From: Convolutriloba macropyga
Lineage: Eukaryota
NCBI RefSeq assembly: GCF_964194025.1
Contig: NC_134470.1
Location: 49,600,001 to 49,664,000 of the forward strand
Reading direction: 5' to 3'
Length of the DNA stretch: 64,000 bases
Of this stretch, positions 39,412-52,232 are shown in pieces. The position numbers were made by a program, and so were the translations under genes. Positions within the stretch are counted from its first letter, which is position 1. Each line of letters starts with the position of its first letter. The notes below the pieces were generated by a model that was not told where the DNA came from, made no database searches, and was given only the letters and a program-made list of their open reading frames with translations.

Positions 39412-42400
39412 CCCAGCTGCCATCGCAAGCTCCAGTAGGCGCCTCCTACTGACTTCATTGACACTTAGTCGTGTCATAGCTCCATCAGTCGTGCGCCAAC
39501 GCACTCCATCACCCAAGCTGCCATCGCCAGCTCCAGTAGGCGCCTCCTACTGACTTCATTGACACTTAGTCGTGTCATAGCTCCATCATCCGTGCGCCAA
39601 CGCACTCCATCACCCCAGCTGCCATCGCCAGCTCCAGTAGGCGCCTCCTACTAACTTTATTGACATTTAGTCGTGTCATAGCTCCATCAGCCGTGCGCCA
39701 ACGCTCTCCTTCACCCCAGCTGCCATCGCCAGCTCCAGTAGCCACCTCCTACTGACTTCATTGACACTTGGTTGTGTCATAGCTCCATCAGCCGTGCGCC
39801 AACGCACTACATCACCCCAGCTGCCATCGCCAGCTCCAGTAGGCGCCTCCTACTAACTTTATTGACATTTAGTCGTGTCATAGCTCCATCAACCGTGCGC
39901 CAACGCTCTCCTTCACCCCAGTTGCCATCGCCAGCTCCAGTAGCCACCTCCTACTGACTTCATTGACACTTGGTTGTGTCATAGCTCCATCAGCCGTGCG
40001 CCAACGCACTCCATCACCTCAGCTGCCATCGCCAGCTCCAGTAGGCGCCTCCTACTGACTTCATTGACACTTAGTCGTGTCATAGCTCCATCAGTCGTGC
40101 GCCAACGCACTCCATCACCCAAGCTGCCATCGCCAGCTCCAGTAGGCGCCTCCTACTGACTTCATTGACACTTAGTCGTGTCATAGCTCCATCATCCGTG
40201 CGCCAACGCACTCCATCACCCAAGCTGCCATCGCCAGCTCCAGTAGGCGCCTACTACTAACTTCATTGACACTTAGTCGTGTCATAGCTCCATCAGCCGT
40301 GCGCCAACGCACTCCATCACCCCAGCTGCCATCGCCAGCTCCAGTAGGCGCCTCCTACTGACTTCATTGACACTTGGTTGTGTCATAGCTCCATCAGCCG
40401 TGCGCCAACTCACTCCATCACCCCAGCTGCCATCGCCAGCTCCAGTAGGCGCCTCCTACTAACTTTATTGACATTTAGTCGTGTCATAGCTCCATCAGCC
40501 GTGCGCCAACGCTCTCCTTCACCCCAGCTGCCATCGCCAGCTCCAGTAGCCACCTCCTACTGACTTCATTGACACTTGGTTGTGTCATAGCTCCATCAGC
40601 CGTGCGCCAACGCACTCCATCACCCCAGCTGCCATCGCCAGCTCCAGTAGGCGCCTCCTACTAACTTTATTGACATTTAGTCGTGTCATAGCTCCATCAG
40701 CCGTGCGCCAACGCTCTCCTTCACCCCAGCTGCCATCGCCAGCTCCAGTAGCCACCTCCTACTGACTTCATTGACACTTGGTTGTGTCATAGCTCCATCA
40801 GCCGTGCGCCAACGCACTCCATCACCTCAGCTGCCATCGCCAGCTCCAGTAGGCGCCTCCTACTGACTTCATTGACACTTAGTCGTGTCATAGCTCCATC
40901 AGCCGTGCGCCAACGCACTCCATCACTCCAGCTGCCATCGCCAGCTCCAGTAGGCGCCTCCTACTGACTTCATTGACACTTAGTCGTGTCATAGCTCCAT
41001 CAGCCGTGCGCCAACGCACTCCATCACCCCAGCTGCCATCGCCAGCTCCAGTAGGCGCGTCCTACTGACTTCATTGACACTCAACGTGTCATAGCTTCAT
41101 CAGCCGTGCGCCAACGCACTCCATCACCCCAGCTGCCATCGCCAGCTCCAGTAGGCTTCTCCTACTGACTTAATTGACACTTAGTCGTGTCATAGCTCCA
41201 TCAGCCGTTCGCCAACGCACTCCATCACCCAAGCTGCCATCGCCAGCTCCAGTAGGCGCCTCCTACTGACTTCATTGACACTTAGTCGTGTCATAGCTCC
41301 ATCATCCGTGCGCCAACGCACTCCATCACCCAAGCTGCCATCGCCAGCTCCAGTAGGTGCCTCCTACTAAATTCATTGACACTTAGTCGTGTCATAGCTC
41401 CATCAGCCGTGCGCCAACGCACTCCATCACCCCAGCTGCCATCGCCAGCTCCAGTAGGCGCCTCCTACTGACTTCATTGGCACTTAGTCACATCATAGCT
41501 CCATCAGCCGTGCGCCAACGCACTCCATCACCCCAGCTGCCATCGCCAGCTCCAGTAGGCGCCTCCTACTAACTTTATTGACATTTAGTCGTGTCATAGC
41601 TCCATCAGCCGTGCGCCAACGCTCTCCTTCACCCCAGCTGCCATCGCCAGCTCCAGTAGCCACCTCCTACTGACTTCATTTACACTTGGTTGTGTCATAG
41701 CTCCATCAGCCGTGCGCCAACGCACTCCATCACCTCAGCTGCCATCGCCAGCTCCAGTAGGCGCCTCCTACTGACTTCATTGACACTTAGTCGTGTCATA
41801 GCTCCATCAGTCGTGCGCCAACGCACTCCATCACCCAAGCTGCCATCGCCAGCTCCAGTAGGCGCCTCCTACTGACTTCATTGACACTTAGTCGTGTCAT
41901 AGCACCATCATCCGTGCGCCAACACTCTCCTTCACCCCAGCTGCCATCGCCAGCTCCAGTAGCCACCTCCTACTGACTTCATTGACACTTGGTTGTGTCA
42001 TAGCTCCATCAGCCGTGCGCCAACGCACTCCATCACCCCAGCTGCCATCGCCAGCTCCAGTAGGCGCCTCCTACTAACTTTATTGACATTTAGTCGTGTC
42101 ATAGCTCCATCAGCCGTGCGCCAACGCTCTCCTTCACCCCAGCTGCCATCGCCAGCTCCAGTAGCCACCTCCTACTGACTTCATTGACACTTGGTTGTGT
42201 CATAGCTCCATCAGCCGTGCGCCAACGCACTCCATCACCTCAGCTGCCATCGCCAGCTCCAGTAGGCGCCTCCTACTGACTTCATTGACACTTAGTCGTG
42301 TCATAGCTCCATCAGCCGTGCGCCAACGCACTCCATCACTCCAGCTGCCATCGCCAGCTCCAGTAGGCGCCTCCTACTGACTTCATTGACACTTAGTCGT

Positions 42401-43405
42401 GTCATAGCTCCATCAGCCGTGCGCCAACGGACTCCATCACCCCAGCTGCCATCGCCAGCTCCAGTAGGCGCCTCCTACTGATTTCATTGACACTCAGTCG
42501 TGTCATAGCTTCATCAGCCGTGCGCCAACGCAGTCCATCACCCCAGCTGCCATCGCCAGCTCCAGTGGGCTTCTCCTACTGACTTAATTGACACTTAGTC
42601 GTGTCATAGCTCCATCAGCCGTGCGCCAACGCACTCCATCACCCCAGCTGCCATCGCCAGCTCCAGTAGGCGCCTCCTACTGACTTCATTGACACTTAGT
42701 CGTGTCATAGCTCCATCAGCCGTGCGCCAACGCACTCCATCAACCCAGCTGCCACGCCAGCTCCAGTAGGCGGCTCCTACTGACTTCATTGACACTTAGT
42801 CGTGTCATAGCTCCATCAGCCGTGCGCCAACGCACTCCATCACCCCAGCTGCCATCGCCAGCTCCATTGGGCGCCTCCTACTGATTTTATTGACACTTAC
42901 TCGTGTCATAGCTCCATCAGCTGTGCGCCAACGCACTCCTTCACCCCAGCTGCCATCGCCAGCTCCAGTAGGCACCTCTTACTGACTGGATTGACACTTG
43001 GTTGTGTCATAGCTCCATCAGCCGTGCGCCAACGCACTCCATCACCTCAGCTGCCATCGCCAGCCACAGTAGGCGCCTCCTACTGACTTCATTGACACTT
43101 AGTCGTGTCATAGCTCCATCAGCCGTGCGCCAACGCACTCCATCACTCCAGCTGCCATCGCCAGCTCCAGTAGGCGCCTCCTACTGACTTCATTGACATT
43201 TAGTCGTGTCATAGCTCCATCAGCCGTGCGCCAACGCACTCCATCACCCCGGCTGCCATCGCCAGCTCCATTGGGCGCCTCCTACTGACTTTATTGACAT
43301 TTAGTCGTGTTATAGCTCCATCAGCCGTGCGCCAACGCACTCCCACACCACTGCTGCCCTCGCCAGCCCCAGTAGGTACCTCGTATTATACTTTTTCACA
43401 CTTAG
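39412..43405 (+). repeat. Tandem array of 39 complete 101-bp units plus a degenerate partial 40th, in the BEL 5' leader
   Basis: Period 101 (agctgccatcg at 39415, 39516 ... 43251, with two 1-bp deletions). Consensus agctgccatcgccagctccagtaggcgcctcctactgacttcattgacacttagtcgtgtcatagctccatcagccgtgcgccaacgcactccatcacccc. Confidence 0.98.
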
Positions 43406-43510
43406 AAGTACCCTTGCTTACAATACTTGCACTCAAACACATCATCTGTAAGTGCGTGTTCCTATAGTTACCGTCAATTAGCTCGAAAGTCAAAAGCGTT
43501 CAACAGGAAA

Positions 43511-46500
43511 ATGAAAGGACGAAAACAGTCAATCGCCGGCACTATACGGCTCTTCTATAGAAGGCTAAATACGATCGAGGAATTGAAAAATGAGATAGAG
43601 GCTCAAGTAAGTAATAACACTGAAATAGAAATTGTTTCTTTAACGCATGAAGAGTTTAAACGTCTTATGGGAGAAATCGAAAATATAGTTGATGAGTTAA
43701 CGGAATCAGACAATCAGGACGCTGAAGGCCCTTTGGCAGAAGCTGATCAATTCATTCGATTGAAGATGGAAGTAGCCCAAAAAGTGAAGCGACACGAAAT
43801 GCTCCGCCGAACTCTTACTTCTTGTCCAAACAGTGCAGCCTCTACTCAAAGCAATCGAACAACAGCCTCCACAGTAGTTGAGACAAACGCAAGAAAGTCA
43901 AGGGAGCTCACCAATAGCGACAAAACTGGAATTCACATCAGTGAGCCAATTGATGACGAACCTTCAAATACTGAATCATTTTTAGCTGAAAGTTCCGAAA
44001 CTTCTACAGATCAAATTTCAATAACAGCTCCAAATTAGCAGGAAAATTCTGAACCGGTCTTCAGTAGAGACTACACGAACAAAATGTAACTCCAAATATG
44101 GTCCTACAGAGCCCTGCTTCACAGCAAACTGTAATGACCAGTACAATTGTCAATCAGGACGCAACATTACAAAGATCTCTTGAGAGTGGAAACTATTTCT
44201 TTTCTGAAAATACGACGAACATCCACAATTTGCCAACATGCATTACAAGTTTTGTTCATGGATTTGACACAGTTCAAACTACTATGCTACACCCCCAACA
44301 AGGTTCAGTTGCTTGTTCGTCGAGACCTTACTATAACCCTACACCATGGTCAATATCATCATCATGTAATCAATGGCCTACAGCATTCGCCTCCTCGGCA
44401 ATCAGCAATCAATATGTTCAAGCACCTGTTAACTACGAATTACCAGTTTCTGTGTCTCAGCAAAACCATCCAGTCTTTGCAAATCAGTTACCAACTACAT
44501 TAAGTTGGAATTCTAACACAGATCAAGGTCAGTTTAATTACCGGTTTCGAAATCCGCATCGGTCTGTAAAGCTGCCTGACATTCGCATACAAAAGTATGA
44601 TGGTGATCCTTTAAAGTGGAACGAATGGAGCAGCATGTTCACATCTACAATACATAATAACCCTGATATAACAAATACTGAAAGAATGAGCTACCTGCAA
44701 TCCTTCGTCATCGGGCCTGCCAAGGAATGTATATCAGGTTATCTGTGCAATCCAAATTTTTACAAAGATGCGCTAAACGAGTTAAATAGACGCTTTGGGA
44801 ATCCCCAAAACGTGGTTTCTGCACTTACTCAAGAACTAGAAGCCTGGCAGCGTCCCCAAGCCAATGACCATAGAGCTCTAATTAGCTATGCAGCACTCCT
44901 GCGGAAAATAGTTCAAACATTTCTAGCCCATGGCTTCAACGCTGACTTGAGTGCTACATATCTACTTAAATTAGCACGTGATAAACTCCCAAACTCGCTC
45001 AAAATGAAATGGAGCGAGCACACCATTGACAACAATATTCAAAATCCAGGAATTTTGGAGTTCTCGTAATGGATGGACCGACACTCTCGCGCCTGTGAAC
45101 AATTGCAGGAAACCATTCCTCAAAACAGCAACAACAATGGATTTCAAGGAAACATTCGAAGAAACAATTCTACGGTTTCTAACAGCTCACAAAGGAATCA
45201 GTTCTCAGCTAACGTGTACAGCAACTCCAACAATCAACAAAGACCCAATGATCGAAGGAATAATCAAAAGTCATTTCAGACAAGCAATAACTTCAGCAGA
45301 AAACAAAACATTAACAATCAACAACCTGGTTTTTCAGGGAATCAAAACCTAAATGCAGGGAAAAACGCATCAATCGTCACAAAAAATGTCAAAACGAAAT
45401 GCCCCTTTGATCAACAAGAGCATTATATAGGTCGATGCCAACAGTTCAACAAGGTTGATGTAGCTAGACGAAACTTGGAGGTCAAAAAACACTCACTCTG
45501 CTTTAACTGCTTGAGCCCAAGCCACTCTGCTAAAGAATGCGCATCAAAAGTCGTTTGTCGTCATTGTAATGGAAAGCATCATAGTTTATTGCATGACCCC
45601 GACAAACAAAAGAAGAGAACCGAGACAACAAACCTGACAGATGTCGAACTCCCGCTGTGCGAACCGTTGAACAGAAAAATGAATAGTACAGTTGATACAC
45701 CAACCTACAACCCTGGCTTTCCAGCAAAATCTCGCAATCAGCTGCAAGTCATTCCGGTTACACTTTTTGGCGAGAACAAGGAAAAAGTGGAATGCTACGC
45801 CATACTAGACAACGGTAGTACAATCTCTTATGTGCTTGATACAAATGCAAACGGTATCAATGCCCCAAAGGCAATTCAGTTTGATTTCAATGTCATGCAC
45901 GCCTTTGACCATTCAGTTATCAATGCGAATTTGGTCCGCCTTGATATTGGTAGGTATAATGATGATGAACCACTCTTCAGATTGAACTATGTGCATTCAA
46001 TTAACAACTGGAAATTTAGCGACGCACCAGTGCAAGAATTAAATGAGACTTGCGCAACCTACTCTCATTTAAAACATATCAAATTTCCAAATCTGGGCAA
46101 CAACAAAATTCAGCTTTTGTTAGGAGTTGATGCGACACAGTTCATTCTCGAAAGAGAATTTCTTCAAGGACCGACCGGAACTCCTTTCGCTATCAGAAAC
46201 CTTTTAGGCTGGACAATAACGGGACCAATGAAACGCAAAGCAGAGGAATCATATCACGCGGAAACAAACCTTCTGTCACATAGCTACAGACCATTCGATA
46301 AGGCTCTGGAAAATTTGGAAGTTTTGGAAGTTTTTGGAAAATAGACAACGCCGGTACTGAACCAGAAGAACCCAAAAATTTTTCAAAAGACAGCGAATCA
46401 GCTCTCGACATTTTCGAGAAGACAATTCGTCACAACCGTACCAGATATGAAATTGGTCTTTTGTGGAAGAATAACGTCCAGTTACAAAACAATTATCCAG

Positions 46501-49500
46501 TAGCGAAAGCCCAACTAAGCAGCCTGCAACGTCGGCTTTCCAAAGATCATCAGTTGAGTGTTCTATACGATGCAACCCTGCAAACTGATATCGAGAAAGG
46601 TTACGTAAAGCCAGTGGTCTTTGAGAATCCGCAGCCAGAAAGAATATGGTACCTCCCTCACCATCCGGTTAGTAACCCCAACAAACCAGGAAAAGTAAGA
46701 CGAGTAGCCAATGCCGCCTCAATTTTCAAAGGCCAATCGCTAAACACAAATTTATTGTCTGGGCCCGATCTGATAAACAATTTGATTGGTATCTTACTTC
46801 GTTTTCGCGAAAAACCAATAGCCGTAATGGCTGATATAGAGGCTATGTTTATGCAAATTGCCATAATCCCTGAAGATCAATCTTGTCTCCGTTTCTTGTG
46901 GCCAACAGATCAAACTATCAGGCAATATCAGTACACAAGGCTTATATTCGGTGCACGTTGTTCACCAGCAACTGCAATATTTGTCTTACAACGCACTGCT
47001 CAAGACTTTGCCCCAAGACAGGAAATTATTGACCTTGTCAACAAAAGTTTTTATATGGATGATTTCGTTCATTCCTTCCAAAGAACTGAAGATGCTCAGT
47101 TGTGTGTCTCTGATCTAAAGTCGACTCTCCAGAAGGGTGGTTTCAATTTAACAAAGTTTGTAACCAACGAGCCGAAATCTTTGAAAATGCTAGAATCCGA
47201 ACACATCGAAAGTGAAACTGAAGACCACCGAGTTCTTGGACTGCTGTGGAACTCCCCGAGTGATATAATTTTTCATAAAAAATTGTCGAAGATAGATCAA
47301 GACGCTTCCCAGTACACTTTGCGCAAACTGTTGTCCTTAATAGCTTGCCTGTTTGAACCACTGGGGATAATAGCTCCCATCGTAATTACACTGAAAATAA
47401 TCTTGCAAGATACCTGGAAAGAAGGCCTATCATGGGACGACTTGCTTTCTTCGTCAAAACGGCAACAAATCCAGGACTGGATTGACAAATATCTTGATTC
47501 ACCACAAATTCAAATGCCAAGCAGCTTATCACATTTTGATATCAGTAGTGGTACCAATCAGCTACATGTGTTTTGCGACGCATCACAGTTGGCATACGGT
47601 GCCGTTATATACATTAAAACGTCAAATGACAAAGAAACTTCCTCCAACTTTGTCATTGGGCGCTCTAAGGTCGCGCCCCTAAAGCAAATAAGCATTCCAA
47701 AGTTGGAATTACAAGCAGCTGTCCTTGGGTGTCGTCTTTGGCAATTCGTTGCTCAGCACCTATCCGTTCCAGTCAAAGAGACGATCTTCTGGAGTGACAG
47801 TACTGCTGTTCTGGGCTGGATAAATTCAAAAGAAAAACTTAAGACTTTCATCGCCAACCGCGTTCAGGAGATTAGAAACCTTACGGACACCAGCTGTTGG
47901 CGACACATAATTGGTAAAATAAATCCGGCCGATCACATATCTAGAGGATTTTTACCAGAAGACGTTAACTCCTTGTGGTTGTCGCCACCAGAGTTTCTGA
48001 AGCACCCTGAGAAAAATTGGCCTTCCTTCTTTGCTCCTCAAGAAGCAACGCACTCGATGCAACAGACTTCAGCACTGGAACCTGTTTTCAACATTGAGAA
48101 ATTTTCAAAATGGACCAGACTTTTGAGAGCAACAGCCAGAGTTTTCCTGTTCATAGATAACCTAAAGACAAAAGAACGCAAAGCACTAGCCTTGAAAGAC
48201 ATTGATAAAGCCAGAAATCATCTCTTTCAAGTTTCACAGCTCAACTCGTTTTCTGGAACTGTTAAGGATCTTATAAACGGAAAAGATCTGCAGAAGAAAG
48301 ACCGCCTGTTGTGCTTATCACCTTTTGTGAAAGATGGCATATTACGCGTCGGTGGAAGGACAAAAAGAAGCTCTTTGCCTCTTGACGCAAAGCACCCGTT
48401 AATTTTGGACTCAAAAGAAGCAATTGTAAAACTCTTTATTCAGAAATGTCACGAAATTTGCATGCATCTCGGCGTAGAGTATACCAGGAATTACATCCAG
48501 CAAAGATGTCACATCATTGGAGTGCGCGAAAACCTTAGAAGCCTTGCTATCAAATGCTTCGAGTGTCGAAGGTTTCGAGCAGTAGGCCTCCAGCCACCAA
48601 TGGCTGACCTCCCAGAGGTTAGGTTTCAAGACAGTTCTTTGCCTGCAGCCTTCACAAACGTTGGGTTGGATTATCTTGGACCATTTGCAGTAATGCATAG
48701 AGACAAAGAAGTAAAGACATACATCTGCCTCTTTACGTGCCTCGTCACGCGAGCCATTCATCTGGAACTAGCAGAAGACTTGTCAACTGACAAATGCATC
48801 ACAGCAATCAGACGATTTATCTCAAGACGTGGCCAGCCGCGAGTTTTGATGTCTGACAATGCGACAAACTTCTTGGGATCCCGTAAGCAACTACGACGAC
48901 AGCCGCTTCAACTGGACCACGATTTCATCAGAAACAACCTTCTCAACCAGTCCATAGAATGGAGACTCAACCCACCTTCTGCACCTCATTTTGGTGGCGT
49001 GTGGGAGAGACTCGTCCAAGTAGTTAAACGAGTTCTCCTCATCAATCTTGGCTCCGCAAAATTGACACCTGATGTTTTTTCAACCATTGTCACGGAAGCG
49101 GAATGTCTTGTGAACTCCAGGCCATTGACTCACGTGAGGAGCGACAACAAGGACGACGACCCTCTCACGCCTAATCATTTCCTCTTGGGACGACCCTTTG
49201 CGAATGTGCCAACACGTCTCTTTCAAGAGTCAGCCAGTCTGAAGTCGACATCATGGACCCAAGTCAAACAGCGCCTGCAACAGATCTGGAAACGACTGCT
49301 TCAAGAGTACGTCCCCACGCTGAATCAGAGACGAAAGTGGACTTCAAAAGAAGCTGCTCTGGAAGTGGGCGATGTGGTTTGGCTGCTGGAGGAGTGGACT
49401 CCCAGGGGAATTTGTCCACTAGGACGTGTCACCAGGATTTTCACCAGACCCGACAAAACCGCTAGGTCTTGCGAATTAAAAACAGCTTTAGGTTTTTTAA

Positions 49501-49547
49501 CCAGACCAGCCGTTAAGCTGCAACATGTGTACCCCAAACCCCCGTAA
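43511..49547 (+). pseudogene. BEL/Pao gag-pol polyprotein, disrupted (TAG 44036, frameshift ~44080, TAA 45067, frameshift ~46320)
   Basis: DUF1759-like LPDIRIQKYDGDPLKW; three Zn knuckles (e.g. CFNCLSPSHSAKEC); protease LDNGS; RT YLPHHPV/ADIEAMF/YMDD; RNase H FCDAS/IPKLEL/NPAD; integrase GLDYLGP/SDNATNF/GGVWERLV. Confidence 0.95.
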
Positions 49548-49577
49548 GGTTAGGGTTAGGTTTTTGGGCCCCGAGGA

Positions 49578-49813
49578 TGTTAATGCCCAGTATTAACTTC
49601 TCCATTATATTGTAAAGTGCATGCCCTGTTTTGTTGATTGTGTATCACTTTGTAATGTGATAAGGTTATTGAAAGTCATGTAAGAAGAGAATTGAGTTGT
49701 AACTTTTGATGTCATGAAACCAAACAAGTAAACGAAGCAATTGAAACTTGAAATAATGAGAACAAAAGAGACATGATACGACAAAGAAGGAAGGATAGAC
49801 AACGTCGTGATCA
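49578..49813 (+). repeat. 3' LTR
   Basis: Direct repeat of 38608-38843, preceded by gggccccgagga. Confidence 0.98.
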
Positions 49814-50004
49814 GGTTCTTTAAAGTGACTTGTCACAATATTTAGAGGTCAGATATCACATTATAAGCGTTCAGATCATGTTCTTAACGGCTTCGACACT
49901 GATTTCTATCAGCAATTAAAAGATTTTTTCAATGGTCGTTTTTTGTAGTCCTATGGAAAAACTTGGCTGAAGTTCAGGTCTTATCGGCTTCCTATAGAAC
50001 ACAC

Positions 50005-50204
50005 NNNNNNNNNNNNNNNNNNNNNNNNNNNNNNNNNNNNNNNNNNNNNNNNNNNNNNNNNNNNNNNNNNNNNNNNNNNNNNNNNNNNNNNNNNNNNNNN
50101 NNNNNNNNNNNNNNNNNNNNNNNNNNNNNNNNNNNNNNNNNNNNNNNNNNNNNNNNNNNNNNNNNNNNNNNNNNNNNNNNNNNNNNNNNNNNNNNNNNNN
50201 NNNN
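50005..50204. other. Assembly gap (200 N)
   Basis: Run of N. Confidence 1.
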
Positions 50205-51725
50205 TTCCTTTTCTACTACTTACCTAGTCTCATTAATTACAGGTCGCCTATCACAGTTTGGTACTTTTCTGTTCCTTTTCTGGCACTTTTCTGTTCCTTT
50301 TCTACTACTTACCTAGTCTCATTAATTACAGGTCGCTTATCACAGTTTTCAAAGGAAACTTACAATTGAGCATATCCAAGGTATATATTTTCTTCGACAC
50401 CGTTTTTTTGCAAAAAATTAGTTTATTGTTTTTATTTCTGTGTTTATTTGTAATTTTTTTTCGAAGACGTATGACAAATTCTGAATGAAGACAGATCTCA
50501 ATCCTTTTGGAGAAATAATTAAAGCTACTAATAATTTCAGTTTGTAGTTAATATTTTAAAACTTCGAAATTTTTGCTTTTCTAATTCTGAAAAGAAAAAT
50601 AACGTAATTTAAGTTTCAACTTTTCCTTTTTTTGTCTAGTCTTACTTAATATCATTATTCACAGATCATATATCATTGTTTGGTGTTCAACTATGATTTC
50701 CGTATGCTTGTTACGGGGTCTCATTAATTGGAAATATTATGTGCAAAAGCACAGTACCGAGCCTTCTTGTAGATTAATTATTTGCTTTAACACTCACTGA
50801 TACATTTTACTCGACTAAACTATATACTGGATTTTTTGGGTCGGCTTAGACAAGCTTGCTAATTTACTGTTTGGCACAATAGTTTTGCAATTTCCCACAC
50901 AAAGAAAAATTTATGTTTTTGCACAGTTTGTTGTGCTCTAATTTACAGAGTGGAAAAATCAAGGCAGTTTCAAACCTTGAAATCTCTCAACTGCATTTCT
51001 TTGCAAATAGAAAATTTGAAAAACCTATTTTCAGCTTGTCCTAATTTTTTCAGTTTTTTAGTTATAACAATTTTGTTTCCTCCAAATAACAACGCATAAA
51101 TTTTCACAAGAATATCATAATACAGCGGAAGATAATTCCGAAGATTATCATACCAACCGATCATTCCGAAGATTATCATCAATACCACCGAAGAATATCA
51201 TAATACCACCAAAAATAATTTTAACAAAACTGAGTTCTCAGAATCGCTATATGTTTTAAAGAATTGACAAAATTGAGCGGAATTTTGTTGTTGCCTGCTT
51301 CTCTTTAATTTTTTTGCATTAATTGGCGCAAGTTAATTAATATGTCGAAAGACGTATCAAATCAGCCCTGTTTATAATGTTATGAGTGAAACAAATAGGT
51401 ATCCGTTCAAAATCATTCAAAGCAACTCTCGCCATTAAATGAAGCGCAACACAAATGGAATTAATAGAGGATCGGGATTGCATCTGATTTGGGAACATAC
51501 AAACAAACTCACTTAATCTGATTGTTGCTATTTATTGCTCTTATTCAGTCGGAGGGAAGAGCGCATATGTTGGAACTTTCACTCCAACTCACTCTGCGGA
51601 ATTAGAGGGTCGCTACATTTCAATTATCCAAGATACCATGCCATTGATACGAGTTTAGACGAATCCAACCGCATTACCAGCTAGAAGACGCCCCCAAAAA
51701 TTGGGCCAATGTTGAGTCATCCCTA

Positions 51726-52232
51726 CCCGGGTCGAGGTTTCGTCAAAAAATATTGTAAGATTAGCGGTGAATAGCGATGAAAAAAACTTTTTTCAACGCA
51801 AAGCGCCCACATATTTTTGCGATGAATGCGGTGAAAGCGGTAAGATTTGCATTTTATAGCGCAGAAAATTTTATTTTCACCACATTCACCGGATTTCTTA
51901 CGAAAAAGCAACTGGCGTAAACGGGTTCCACCCTTTCACCCTCTATATTTCAACAACTTCTTATTTTGTAAAATTTGCAGTTTTTATTTTCCCCAAGCCG
52001 TGAAAAAAAATAATTTGCCACTTCCAATCGGATGCGGCGAAAAAAATGTCGCTGCAATTTTTAGCGGTGAATTTTTTTTCACCGCATAAGCGTTGGAAAC
52101 ATTTTTTTACCGCTTAAAAACATTTTCATCACTGGATTCATCACATTGAGAGCAAATATTACACTTTTTAATCAAATTCACCGCAAATCTTACATCTTTC
52201 AGGGACTTTTAGCGGTTACGCCTCGACCCGGG
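51726..52232. mobile_element. MITE with perfect 12-bp TIR cccgggtcgagg (EnSpm/CACTA-like)
   Basis: cccgggtcgagg ... cctcgacccggg; internal tgtaagat and gcggtgaa/ttcaccgc motifs; flanks ta/ca. Confidence 0.85.

Larger units (their letters stand above)
38608..49813 (+). mobile_element. Full-length BEL/Pao LTR retrotransposon
   Basis: TG...CA LTRs of 236 bp; 5-bp TSD GGTTC (38603-38607, 49814-49818); PBS-like site and PPT region; gag-PR-RT-RH-IN order. Confidence 0.98.

Noticed and set aside
39772-43187. Repeated 61-aa ORFs (MCHSSISRAP...)
   Set aside because: By-products of the 101-bp repeat, with non-ATG starts.
39412-43405. CRISPR array or repeat-spacer system
   Set aside because: Units are near-identical along their full length with no unique spacers; no cas genes; eukaryotic context.
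39412-43405. Tandem hammerhead ribozymes on the minus strand (CUGAUGG...stem...GAAG between three hairpins)
   Set aside because: The core deviates from CUGANGA/GAAA, extra nucleotides separate the core from the stems, and no UH cleavage-site junction closes. An Infernal search or cleavage assay would be needed to revive it.
50205-50350. ~55-bp duplication next to the 200-N gap
   Set aside because: Contig-end sequence; may be a small tandem repeat or an artefact, with no further signal.
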